Shown one piece after another: positions 56,388 through 63,851 of a stretch of 64,000 nucleotides of DNA. The translations under genes were made by a program, and so were the position numbers. Numbering within the stretch: position 1 is the first letter of the stretch; each line of letters begins with the position of its first letter. The DNA comes from an uncultured Clostridia bacterium (GTDB taxonomy: Bacteria; Bacillota; Clostridia; Christensenellales; Borkfalkiaceae), in assembly GCA_947629675.1 (NCBI GenBank), contig CANREM010000005.1:18393-82392 (forward strand), written 5' to 3'. The notes beneath the pieces were generated by a model. That model worked only from the letters and a program-made list of their open reading frames with translations, ran no database searches and was not told the DNA's origin.

Positions 56388-56604
56388 GTTTTTTCGCCCT
56401 CTCCTCACGCATGGCGCGTTCATCGTAATTTCCCTTTACAACGCCAACGAGCGAGTCGGTGAGGAAAGAGACGGTTTTTTCATGCGAAATAAGCCGTGCC
56501 ACCTCTTTGCCATTGCGTAGGATCACGACGTCGCCCCCTGTTTGAACATATTGCAGATATTTCCCGAAATTGTTCTGCATTTCGGTCGCAGTTACCGTGG
56601 TCAT
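56371..56604 (-). CDS. Phd/YefM-type antitoxin
   Basis: TVTATEMQNNFGKYLQYVQTGGDVVILRNGKEVARLI. Confidence 0.8.
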   Translation of the reverse strand: MTTVTATEMQNNFGKYLQYVQTGGDVVILRNGKEVARLISHEKTVSFLTDSLVGVVKGNYDERAMREERAKKHANID

Positions 56605-56763
56605 AGTATAGTACCTCCAAACATATTACCTAACTATAGTATATCCTATTTTAGGGAAAGTGTCAACATATTAGCCAATTTTTGTCGTCAAAAATTGACT
56701 AAATTTTGGAGTCTAATTCTGTTTTATACTTTTTCCAAGAAAATTTTCTCAAGGAGAATGTAT

Positions 56764-57039
56764 ATGGCAAAAGAAGAAATATTTAGAGAAAAAGTGATTG
56801 AGCTTTACATGAAGGCGGCCGAACTAATTGCATTGTTGGATCCGCCAACTGAGTTTCAGAGGCTCATGCTCTACCAAGATGGTGCCGATGAGCCGACGGT
56901 GAGCGGAGAAATTGGGACGCATGAAGTACAAATGCTAAAAAAAAGATATTTGAACGAACAAAGATTTCTGGGCGTTTTGGATCCACTTCTACAAAAGTCA
57001 TGGAGAACTCAGTGGAAGAGAAAATATTCCCGGGCATGA
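56764..57039 (+). CDS. Hypothetical 91-aa protein upstream of the integrase (excisionase-position gene)
   Basis: AAGGAGA RBS. Its stop overlaps the integrase ATG (ATGA). No recognised Xis motif. Confidence 0.45.
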   Translation: MAKEEIFREKVIELYMKAAELIALLDPPTEFQRLMLYQDGADEPTVSGEIGTHEVQMLKKRYLNEQRFLGVLDPLLQKSWRTQWKRKYSRA

Positions 57040-58106
57040 AAGAAGAGGCGGATAATGAGGCAAAATCGGTATTTTTGGAATTTTCAAATAAGGAGTTATC
57101 AAAAATGCCGAAATTTTTTAGATCGGAATTCAGACTGCAGGGAGGCGAGGTCGCACACGCAAGAAAAAAGAAAAATGGAACATTTGAGATCAGATACCGA
57201 AGAAATGGGATCAATCTCTCAGTAAGTGCGAAATCTTTGGAGCTTGCCAAAGAGCGTTTTATTAAAAAGCTTTGTGAGCTGCAAGATGAAGGAGGGCTCG
57301 GCGACGTCACCTTTAAGGACTATGCCGAGCAATGGCTGGAGATCGTTAAGAAACCGCAAATAAAGGATGATACGCTTCACAACTACCGACGGATGCTTTG
57401 CCTTTACGTCTACGACCGCATGGGGGAGAAGCTTCTGAAGGAGATCCGGCCACTTGACGTTCAGAAGCTCTTGAATGAGATCCTGGAGTGTGGGCTTGAA
57501 CGCACGGCGGCCAACGTCTATGTCATCATCAAAGCGATCTTCGAATTTGCTGTGGCCGATGACATCATCGCAAAGTCCCCGATGCGGCTCATCAAGAAGC
57601 CGAGGCATGAGATGAAGCACGGCGTCGCGCTGTCTGTCGAAGAGGAGCGCGCCTTCGTGCGGGCATGTGCCGAGGGAAGTTCACCGTGCAGGTATGCGTA
57701 TTTGCTGTTGCTCTTTACGGGGATTCGCCGCTCAGAGCTTGCCTCGGCGGAGATCTCGCCGGATTGGGTCACGGTGGTAACATCCAAAACGCGCAAGGGT
57801 GCGGGCGTGAAAAAGCGAAAGATCCCCGTGTCACCGATGTTGCGCCCCTTCATGCCATACATGACGAAAGAGAACCTCAGCGTAAGCCCCGATCTCTTGA
57901 CGAGGGGGATCGCTGCGTTTCTTCCCGGCCACCACCTTCACGATCTGCGGCATACGTTCATAACGCGTTGTCAGGAGTGTGGGATCTCGCGTGAACTCGC
58001 GTCTCTTTGGGCAGGACATCGTCCCGATAATACCGTTACGAGCAATGTCTATACGCATTTAGGTGAGAGATTTCAGCTTGAGGAGATCAAGAAATTAAAA
58101 TATTGA
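57036..58106 (+). CDS. int: Tyrosine-type site-specific integrase
   Basis: N-terminal SAM-like domain, and a C-terminal catalytic region with LLFTGIRRSE...HDLRHTF...WAGH....VTSNVYTH (the R-H-R-H-Y pattern). Confidence 0.9.
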   Translation: MKEEADNEAKSVFLEFSNKELSKMPKFFRSEFRLQGGEVAHARKKKNGTFEIRYRRNGINLSVSAKSLELAKERFIKKLCELQDEGGLGDVTFKDYAEQWLEIVKKPQIKDDTLHNYRRMLCLYVYDRMGEKLLKEIRPLDVQKLLNEILECGLERTAANVYVIIKAIFEFAVADDIIAKSPMRLIKKPRHEMKHGVALSVEEERAFVRACAEGSSPCRYAYLLLLFTGIRRSELASAEISPDWVTVVTSKTRKGAGVKKRKIPVSPMLRPFMPYMTKENLSVSPDLLTRGIAAFLPGHHLHDLRHTFITRCQECGISRELASLWAGHRPDNTVTSNVYTHLGERFQLEEIKKLKY

Positions 58107-58129
58107 TTTCCCCAAATTTCCCCAAAACG
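58107..58129 (+). repeat. 23-bp direct repeat, right copy
   Basis: Identical to 40158-40180. It begins immediately after the integrase stop codon. Confidence 0.7.
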
Positions 58130-58227
58130 GGGTGATTTCTTCGATACACAAAGCAAATTCGTGCATAAAACAGATCTATTTTGCTGTATAAAATGGAAGC
58201 TCCTGCATAAACGGATCTTTAATCGGG

Positions 58228-58275
58228 TTCGTAATCAATAGGTCGCCGGTTCAAGTCCGGCCAGTAGCTCCAAAA
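58228..58275 (+). repeat. attR core (duplicate of the tRNA-Thr 3' part)
   Basis: Identical to 40023-40070. It lacks the tRNA 5' half, so it is not a functional tRNA. Confidence 0.9.
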
Positions 58276-58321
58276 AATGAGGCGGGTTTTGACCCGCTTC
58301 GTTTTTTGTATACAGTTGCTA

Positions 58322-58455
58322 CTTGAACCGTCCGGACCTATTGATTTTGCAAGACGGGGTCCCCGAAAAATGATCGGGAAAAAGTGATGCTCGTAATGAA
58401 AACGCACGGCGATCATTTTTTGGGGAGGGAAGAGGTCGCCGGTTCAAGTCCGGCC
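58322..58455 (+). repeat. ~134-bp direct repeat, copy 1 (att arm plus truncated tRNA-Thr T-arm core)
   Basis: It matches 61108-61241 with about 6 substitutions and 2 single-base indels. It ends in aggtcgccggttcaagtccggcc, which equals tRNA positions 40035-40057. Confidence 0.85.
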
Positions 58456-58486
58456 ATTCTATTTGTGCCTCCGGTTCCCCAATCGA

Positions 58487-58515
58487 TTGACTTAAATGTC
58501 GAAAAAAAGTATAAT
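58487..58515 (+). promoter_or_regulatory. Sigma-A-type promoter for the 365-aa gene
   Basis: TTGACT (58487-58492), 17-nt spacer, TATAAT (58510-58515). Confidence 0.6.
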
Positions 58516-58576
58516 ATTTTACGATAGGGAAAAAACCACGGATTTTAATATATCAAATGAAAAGGAGTAGAACTAT

Positions 58577-59674
58577 ATGGGAAACACGGAGAATAGGAAT
58601 GAGAAAGTAAAAAAATTTTTGGAAGCACTATATCAAAAAGCCATAAGCCCAGATTTCCAACCAGATGAGAAGCATTATGAACAATCAATGGATAAACTTT
58701 TTGAGACAACCGCTTGGGGGTTCCGGGAAATACTTTTAGTAGTTGTAGTTGGGATGAAGCTGGAATCTTCATTTCGAGCATCCACAGGACTATACAGTTG
58801 CAATCCCAGGGCAATTTATGAAGGACCGATTAAGGAGTTTCTCATTGAAAAAGATATTCCACATCGGAAATCCGGTCCGCTTAATGTAGCTAAGGCCACT
58901 GTCGGGCTGGATTCGACCTGGGCAGCGCAACGACGACCTTCCGATGTAGCAGAAGCAGTAGTTAGTCTTGTTAAATTTTTGGAATCTGCCAGTGATACAA
59001 TAATAGCTATTGAGAATGTTGGTGTTTCGCTTTTACGACGCTTGATTGCTCAAGCACAGTATCTTGCAGAACTTGCTGTGGATATTAATCCATGTGAGGA
59101 CCCGGTTCATCTCTACGATCTTTGTCACGAATTGATAATAAAAGCACCGGATGCCGGAAATACCCCGCAAAAAATCGCTGCTTTATTATTAAAATGCTAT
59201 CATGACTCTTTTCATACGGGGATTAACGTAACAGGCAGTGAAGACCGCGCATCAGTGACAAGTACCACAAGCAAAAAGCCTGGAGATATCAATGAAGAAT
59301 GTGTGGGGGAAATTTATAAGGTTTATGAAGTGACAGTTAAGCCTTTTGACCTGGCGCGCATCAGAGACTCTTTTGATTGTATTTCGATATACAATGATAA
59401 TAATGCTTCAGATATCCATGAGATAACCGTGATTTGCCGATACGAAGATTGTCCGTCGGGCATGGTGGGAAGCGGATTGCATACTTATCTTGGTCGGTAT
59501 GATTATCAGAATATCGTGTATTACTTCTGGGATATATACGAGTGGATAGCAATTATTCTTCAACATATGACACCGGAAGGAAGAGGAGCCTTCTATGTAC
59601 TTCTAAATGATTATGTCAATGAGACAAATACGGCGACAACGGTCAAACGGCTTTGGAGAGAACTTCATATGTAA
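58577..59674 (+). CDS. Putative type II restriction endonuclease (cognate of the adjacent C5-MTase)
   Basis: 365 aa, convergent with a Dcm-type MTase. A possible PD-(D/E)XK-like stretch is KKPGDINEE...YEVTVK. The assignment rests mainly on context. Confidence 0.45.
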   Translation: MGNTENRNEKVKKFLEALYQKAISPDFQPDEKHYEQSMDKLFETTAWGFREILLVVVVGMKLESSFRASTGLYSCNPRAIYEGPIKEFLIEKDIPHRKSGPLNVAKATVGLDSTWAAQRRPSDVAEAVVSLVKFLESASDTIIAIENVGVSLLRRLIAQAQYLAELAVDINPCEDPVHLYDLCHELIIKAPDAGNTPQKIAALLLKCYHDSFHTGINVTGSEDRASVTSTTSKKPGDINEECVGEIYKVYEVTVKPFDLARIRDSFDCISIYNDNNASDIHEITVICRYEDCPSGMVGSGLHTYLGRYDYQNIVYYFWDIYEWIAIILQHMTPEGRGAFYVLLNDYVNETNTATTVKRLWRELHM

Positions 59675-59706
59675 CAAAAGAGCCATCAAAAGATGGTTCT
59701 TTTTAT
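59675..59706. terminator. Bidirectional terminator between the convergent genes
   Basis: agagccatc-aaaa-gatggttct, flanked by an A-run and a T-run. Confidence 0.7.
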
Positions 59707-60773
59707 TAATAATTTTTATATAAGTATTTTATCGTGGCTCTTGCAACGACTTCCGCCAATTTGCTTGGTACGGCATTGCCTATCTGGGTGTATATTTTAC
59801 CTTTATTTCCGCAGAAAATATAATCGTCCGGGAAGGTTTGAATTCTCGCAGCTTCTCTGATCGTTATTCGTCTGAGACGCTTGGGTGCTTCTTTGAATTC
59901 TGGGATCATTGTCCCATTCATTAAACCCTTGTGATAGTCAGATACCCAGTCGCTCGTTGCATCACCGTATAAGTAATCTTCATCAAGGAAGGGGGTTTTA
60001 TTTCCGCCCATTGAAGCCGGAAGAGTATTCGCATAGCCATCTATATCAATAGGTCTACCTTGTCCATTGAAATACATGCCCGCATAGGGGGATTTGCGCA
60101 TAATCGGATGGGTTGCAAATGTGATTTTTGCCGTGCAGGTGTTTGGATTTGTTTTAGTGCCGGCTCTTCCAAGGGAAAAGAGCAAATCGCGTATAATCGG
60201 GGCTTTTTTGCGCTGACACTCTATGAGATAACTCATGTGGTATTTGAAAAAAGGATCGGTATTTTCTTTTATTCCGATGAAGAAAACGCGCTCGCGCTTT
60301 TGCGACACGCCATATTCAGTGGAATCCAATATAAACGGAACGCAGTCATATCCCATTTCTCTTGCTCTTTCCAAATATTTTTTTCGAACAGATCCCCATT
60401 TTTCCAACACACCGAGTGCTTTTACATTTTCCATTACGAAAGCGCGTGGTCTTACACGTTCGACTACATCAAGGAATGTAAAAATTAATTTACTACGGGC
60501 ATCATTGGGATCCATTTTCCCCGCGACAGAGAATCCTTGACAAGGGGGGCCGCCGAAAACCATGTCGGCACCTTGATAGGCATCGACTTGATCAATAACC
60601 TTGCAAATGTCATCATTTATCATAACTCCAGCTTGGTGATTTGCGTTGTATGTGGCTGCGGCTTCAGGCATTAGTTCGTTTGCAAATAATATCCGAAAAC
60701 CGGCTCTTTCAAATCCGATATCCATCCCGCCGGCACCCGAAAAAAGTGAAACCGCGGTTAGCTCTTTAGTCAT
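59706..60773 (-). CDS. dcm: DNA (cytosine-5)-methyltransferase
   Basis: Motif I SLFSGAGGMDIGF, motif IV GGPPCQGFS, ENVKAL, QKRERVFFIG; 355 aa. Confidence 0.95.
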   Translation of the reverse strand: MTKELTAVSLFSGAGGMDIGFERAGFRILFANELMPEAAATYNANHQAGVMINDDICKVIDQVDAYQGADMVFGGPPCQGFSVAGKMDPNDARSKLIFTFLDVVERVRPRAFVMENVKALGVLEKWGSVRKKYLERAREMGYDCVPFILDSTEYGVSQKRERVFFIGIKENTDPFFKYHMSYLIECQRKKAPIIRDLLFSLGRAGTKTNPNTCTAKITFATHPIMRKSPYAGMYFNGQGRPIDIDGYANTLPASMGGNKTPFLDEDYLYGDATSDWVSDYHKGLMNGTMIPEFKEAPKRLRRITIREAARIQTFPDDYIFCGNKGKIYTQIGNAVPSKLAEVVARATIKYLYKNY

Positions 60774-60955
60774 TTTTGTTCTCCCTCATCATGATGAATA
60801 TGCAGTATTAATGAGCTGTTTTCGGAATCAAGATAAATATCAAACTTTGTCTCACCTTTTTTGGCATCCATGTTTGATAGCACGGCTTTTGGAAGCCTAA
60901 TTCGCATATCTTGTTGTAATAAATATGTGTCAAGATAAATCTTTGTATCCTTCAT
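60770..60955 (-). CDS. AbrB/SpoVT-like small DNA-binding protein (candidate controller)
   Basis: 61 aa with MRIRLPKAVLSNMDAKKGETKFDIYL, a swapped-hairpin-like motif. Its stop overlaps the MTase ATG (ATGA). Confidence 0.5.
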   Translation of the reverse strand: MKDTKIYLDTYLLQQDMRIRLPKAVLSNMDAKKGETKFDIYLDSENSSLILHIHHDEGEQK

Positions 60956-61107
60956 TTGTCAACCTCTTCTTAAATATTTGTCTCTATCTTACTCTAATTT
61001 TAGTCCAAAGTCAAGCTAATTTTAGACTAAAATAAGATTCTACTTTACCGAAGAGCTTAATATTCATGCGTATCGATTATGAACTTTTTTTGCGTTATTT
61101 GTTGTCG

Positions 61108-61261
61108 CTTGAACCGTCCAGACCTATTGATTTTGCAAGACGGGGGTCCCCGAAAAATGATTGGGAAAAAGTGATGATCGTAATGAAACGCGCAGCAATC
61201 ATTTTTTGGGGAGGGAAGAGGTCGCCGGTTCAAGTCCGGCCGGTAGCTCCAAAAGAAATCG
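61108..61261 (+). repeat. ~134-bp direct repeat, copy 2, plus the tRNA-Thr 3' end and original downstream flank
   Basis: 61219-61261 matches tRNA and flank positions 40035-40077 with one mismatch. It is followed by a terminator-like cgcgagg...ccccgcg plus T-run. Confidence 0.85.
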
Positions 61262-61303
61262 CGAGGAAACATCCCCGCGTTTTTTTTACAATTTTCGCAT
61301 TTG

Positions 61304-61633
61304 CTATTGCAGGCAGAGCTTATATTCCTCGCCCCAGGTAGACATGGCGTCGAGAATGGGGCGGAGCGAGCTTCCGATGGGGGAGAGGGAATACTCCACG
61401 CGGGGCGGGACCTCGGCAAAGACTTCCCGCTCGATCAGCCCGTCCTCCTCGAGTGCGCGCAAGTTGTCCGTCAGCACCTTTTTGCTGATCGCGGGGATCG
61501 TCCTCAAAAAGTCCGTGAACCGTTGTCTCCCGTTATACATCAGATTTCGGATAATGAGAAGTTTCCACTTGTTGCCGATGAGCCGCACCGTGGTCGCAAC
61601 AGGGCAATCGGGCAGTTCCTCTCTTGTCAGCAT
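61304..61633 (-). CDS. HxlR-family transcriptional regulator
   Basis: CPVATTVRLIGNKWKLLIIRNL...PPRVEYSLSPIG. Start at MLTREEL with a GGGAGGA RBS. Confidence 0.85.
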   Translation of the reverse strand: MLTREELPDCPVATTVRLIGNKWKLLIIRNLMYNGRQRFTDFLRTIPAISKKVLTDNLRALEEDGLIEREVFAEVPPRVEYSLSPIGSSLRPILDAMSTWGEEYKLCLQ

Positions 61634-61821
61634 GCTCTTGTCCTCCCGTATTTTCTGATAAAAGTATAGCACAAGCGTGCTACGTTGTCAATGGTTCAAA
61701 AAAGAAACTTTGTCTCAAAATTATTATCTGATAATCAAATTGTAACACTCTTGCATTTCTTCCTCGCATCTGCTAAGATGTTCTTACGATCGAAATCATA
61801 AATTATTTTGGAGGAACAATT

Positions 61822-62175
61822 ATGGCAAATTTTGAAAGAGTTAATGTGAAAGAGGGGGCACGGACGGAGCTGCACGACGCATTGCATCTCACGGGTGCGG
61901 AAGTGAGCATCAACACCCTTCCTGCGGGGGCGAGCGTGCCCTTTGTGCATGCACACAGGCAGAATGAGGAGATCTACGGCGTTCTCGCGGGTGCGGGAAA
62001 GGCGGAGATCGACGGGGAGTGCGTCGCACTCGGCGCGGGCGATTGGCTGCGTATCTCTCCTGCAGCGAAGCGGAGATTTTTTGCGGCGGAAAACAGTCCC
62101 GTCACCTATGTCTGCATCCAGGTGAAAGAGGGATCGCTCGGAGCCTATACGGCTGAGGACGCCGTCATCGAATAG
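61822..62175 (+). CDS. Cupin domain protein
   Basis: 117 aa with HAHRQNEEIYGVLAG...GDWLRI cupin motifs. Confidence 0.75.
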   Translation: MANFERVNVKEGARTELHDALHLTGAEVSINTLPAGASVPFVHAHRQNEEIYGVLAGAGKAEIDGECVALGAGDWLRISPAAKRRFFAAENSPVTYVCIQVKEGSLGAYTAEDAVIE

Positions 62176-62263
62176 GTAAAAAACGCAACTTGACGCAAAA
62201 CGACGGGGGCATGTCCGAGATATGCCCCTGAAATTCATATAAACTTGCATGTTCGGAGAAAGT

Positions 62264-63040
62264 ATGAAGCAAGAGGAAAGACGCAAATTTCTCATCGAAT
62301 ATCTGCTCCGCGAACGCGGCGAAGAGCAAGAAGTACCGCAGGGGGAAGTTTCCGAAAAACGCCTCTTGCGCGCGCTTTTCAACGTGCGGGAGCCTCAAGA
62401 GGCGAGCGAGGGATTTTTGCGGGTGCAGGACGAATATCTCTCGGAAGAACTGCGGCGAAAAGGTATCACGGATCTTGCCGACCTTGTGCCCATTCAGCCC
62501 GACATCTATCTATGGAAGGGGGACATCACGACGCTCAGATGCGACGGGATCGTCAATGCCGCCAATTCGGGGATGCTCGGCTGTTTTTGCCCCAACCACG
62601 GCTGTATCGACAACGCTATCCATACCTTTGCGGGCGTCGAACTTCGGCAAGCGTGCGCGGATATTATGAGGGCGCAGGGACACGCCGAATCCACGGGCGG
62701 GGCTAAAATAACCAAAGCCTACAATTTGCCCTGCAAATATATTCTTCACACCGTCGGTCCCATTGTCTATGGGAATCTCACCGAAAAGCACGAGCGGCTG
62801 CTCGAAAGTTGTTACCGCTCCTGCCTAGCTCTTGCCGATAAAAACGGGCTTGAAAGCCTTGCGTTTTGCTGTATTTCAACGGGCGAATTTCACTTTCCGA
62901 ACGAGCGCGCCGCAGCGATCGCCGTTCGTTCGGTGCGGGAGTACAAGCAGGAAACGGCAAGCAAGATCAAGGTAATTTTCAATGTGTTCAAGGAGCAGGA
63001 TCATGAAATTTACGCAAGACTTCTCGGCGCAAACGAGTAG
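62264..63040 (+). CDS. Macrodomain protein (protein-ADP-ribose hydrolase, SirTM-associated type)
   Basis: GDITTLRCDGIVNAANSGMLG and CISTGEFHFP macro motifs, with the N-terminal helical extension typical of the SirTM-linked class. Confidence 0.8.
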   Translation: MKQEERRKFLIEYLLRERGEEQEVPQGEVSEKRLLRALFNVREPQEASEGFLRVQDEYLSEELRRKGITDLADLVPIQPDIYLWKGDITTLRCDGIVNAANSGMLGCFCPNHGCIDNAIHTFAGVELRQACADIMRAQGHAESTGGAKITKAYNLPCKYILHTVGPIVYGNLTEKHERLLESCYRSCLALADKNGLESLAFCCISTGEFHFPNERAAAIAVRSVREYKQETASKIKVIFNVFKEQDHEIYARLLGANE

Positions 63041-63851
63041 ATTGAGAGAAGCACTGCAAAATGCCGACGCGGTCGTCATCGGTGCGGGCGCAGGGCTTTC
63101 AGCCTCGGCGGGATTCACCTATTCGGGGGAACGTTTTGAGCAGTATTTTTTGGACTTCGAAGAAAAATACGGCTTTCACGATATGTATTCGGGCGGGTTT
63201 TATCCCTATCAAACGCCCGAAGAACATTGGGCATATTGGTCGAGATACATCCTCATCAACCGATATACGGATCCGCCCAAACCCGTCTATCAAAATCTTT
63301 TTGAGCTTGTAAAAGAAAAGGACTATTTTGTCATTACCACCAACGTGGATCATTGCTTTCAAAAGGCGGGTTTCGATAAGAAGCGGCTCTTTTACACGCA
63401 GGGGGACTACGGGCTGTTCCAATGCTCTACGCCTTGCCATAATAAGACGTATGACAATGAGGAACTTATCCGCCGCATGGTAGCTGAGCAGCGGGATATG
63501 CGCATCCCCACCGAACTCATTCCGCATTGTCCCATTTGCGGAAAGCCTATGACGATGAACTTGCGCGCCGACGACAAGTTTGTGCAGGACGATGGTTGGG
63601 ACACCGCTTGCGAGCGTTACGAGAAATTTATCCGCTCCCACAGACGTGGGAAAGTTCTCTATCTCGAACTCGGCGTAGGATACAATACGCCCGTTATCAT
63701 CAAGTATCCCTTTTGGAAATTTACGGCGGAAAACAAAAATGCGACATATGCCTGCATCAATATGGGAGGGCTTTTCTGCCCGGGAGAGCTTGAGAAGCGG
63801 GCGATCCCGATCGGGGAGGACATCGGCACAGCTCTTGACATGCTTTATTAA
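63003..63851 (+). CDS. Class M sirtuin (SirTM, ADP-ribosylating Sir2-family protein)
   Basis: VVIGAGAGLSASAGFTYSGERF, TTNVDHCFQKAGF, YTQGDYGLFQCS and CPICGKPM. It overlaps the 3' end of the macrodomain gene. AAGGAGCAGG RBS. Confidence 0.8.
   Translation: MKFTQDFSAQTSRLREALQNADAVVIGAGAGLSASAGFTYSGERFEQYFLDFEEKYGFHDMYSGGFYPYQTPEEHWAYWSRYILINRYTDPPKPVYQNLFELVKEKDYFVITTNVDHCFQKAGFDKKRLFYTQGDYGLFQCSTPCHNKTYDNEELIRRMVAEQRDMRIPTELIPHCPICGKPMTMNLRADDKFVQDDGWDTACERYEKFIRSHRRGKVLYLELGVGYNTPVIIKYPFWKFTAENKNATYACINMGGLFCPGELEKRAIPIGEDIGTALDMLY

Larger units (their letters stand above)
40023..58275. mobile_element. ~18.2-kb integrated temperate element at tRNA-Thr (tyrosine integrase, repressor switch, membrane-protein operon); candidate non-tailed prophage
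   Basis: A perfect 48-bp direct repeat (40023-40070 and 58228-58275) equals the tRNA 3' part. The integrase abuts the right repeat. G+C is visibly lower than in the flanks. Confidence 0.85.
58456..61107. mobile_element. Integrase-less ~2.7-kb islet (CIME-like) carrying an R-M-like module
   Basis: Flanked by the ~134-bp direct repeats, visibly low in G+C, and in tandem with the integrated element at the same tRNA. Confidence 0.6.

Noticed and set aside
40023-58275. Calling the element an inovirus outright
   Set aside because: There is no HUH rolling-circle replication protein and no recognisable ssDNA-binding protein. The ATPase has the opposite domain order to pI/Zot, and 18 kb is at the upper edge for inoviruses. 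Only the architectural resemblance is reported.
58219-58416. ORFs 58219-58416 and 61057-61419 (minus strand) containing ...WSYWPDLNRRP...
   Set aside because: These are translations of the reverse complement of the tRNA-Thr-derived att repeats, not genes. The repeats lack the tRNA 5' half, so they are not functional tRNAs either.
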